Virus record (IMG/VR): IMGVR_UViG_3300021091_000012
Length of the DNA: 64,000 bases
Direction: 5' to 3' (one strand)
DNA from: a virus
Shown here: positions 63,589-64,000 of the stretch, piece by piece
Layout of the letters: every line of letters begins with the position of its first letter
Numbering within the stretch: the stretch's first letter is position 1
Program-made: the position numbers and the translations under genes
Notes under the pieces: generated by a model
The model's input: only the letters and a program-made list of their open reading frames with translations
The model's database searches: none
What the model was told of the DNA's origin: nothing

Positions 63589-63918
63589 TCATTCTACAAT
63601 TTTTTCAACATAGGTACAAGTTTCTCCTGGATCAAAACCTTTTTCAATCAATAAAGGTAAACTTGCAGGTTTGCACCAGGCATACACCAAATAACCTTTA
63701 AACTTCTGTTGAACATAGTTCCATCGAGTATCCCATAACATTCTAAAAATACCTCTTCGACGATGATCTTCATGCACCCAAGCATCTAAAAATTTTATTC
63801 GCTGAGTTTCTTCTCGCTCCATATAGATATGTCCTACAATCTCACCGTTAATCATTGCGATCCACGTCTCTAGTCGTTGTGCATTACTCTTGAGGTGTAT
63901 TATTTTTATATCTTCCAT
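63589..63918 (-). CDS. GNAT-family acetyltransferase
   Basis: AWVHEDHRRRGIF acetyl-CoA motif A; ASLPLLIEKGF motif B. Confidence 0.85.
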   Translation of the reverse strand: MEDIKIIHLKSNAQRLETWIAMINGEIVGHIYMEREETQRIKFLDAWVHEDHRRRGIFRMLWDTRWNYVQQKFKGYLVYAWCKPASLPLLIEKGFDPGETCTYVEKIVE

Positions 63919-64000
63919 TTTAAACTTTTAACCATTTATTATCGTGATTGTACTTAAAACTTGCTATGTAGTTTTGTGTCCATCTATTTGACTCAATTAA

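Noticed and set aside
1-64000. Stop-codon reassignment, CRISPR array, DGR/retron reverse transcriptase
   Set aside because: Standard-code ORFs tile the window densely with TAA, TAG and TGA all used as stops; no regularly spaced repeats and no RT motifs were seen.

Overview
A 64-kb segment of a large, AT-rich, T4-like/RM378-like myophage genome, probably infecting Bacteroidota. Almost all genes are on the minus strand and use the standard code. In order: (1) a DNA metabolism end with a fused Mre11/SbcD-Rad50/SbcC ORF running off the left edge, a primase and a T7-type endonuclease I; (2) a ~27-kb baseplate/tail module with LamG, Ig and DNRLRE proteins, gp6-like and gp25-like subunits, and a gp5-like spike apparently split around a GH108 lysozyme and followed by an M15B peptidase; (3) a gp55-like late sigma factor, an HD protein, a phage tmRNA with a 29-codon tag, HPRT and a holin/amidase/holin lysis cassette; (4) a ~15-kb array of small proteins sharing three classes of N-terminal leader ending in L/I-x-E, probably capsid-targeted internal proteins, interrupted by an early block with a DNA ligase; (5) an early/accessory region with a MoxR-type AAA+ ATPase and vWA partner, a cytidylyltransferase, a metallophosphoesterase and a GNAT. 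The most striking item is an 808-bp integron-cassette-like element (44813-45620) with a split attC-like hairpin, inserted without target duplication at a GAT site in a phage metallophosphoesterase gene. It carries an oppositely oriented ADP-ribosyltransferase-like gene with the phage's own late-promoter motif and capsid-leader-like peptide. Two further scars of the same att sequence occur at 35135-35154 and 58780-58804. No integrase is visible in the window. All family assignments come from motif recognition by eye, not database searches.
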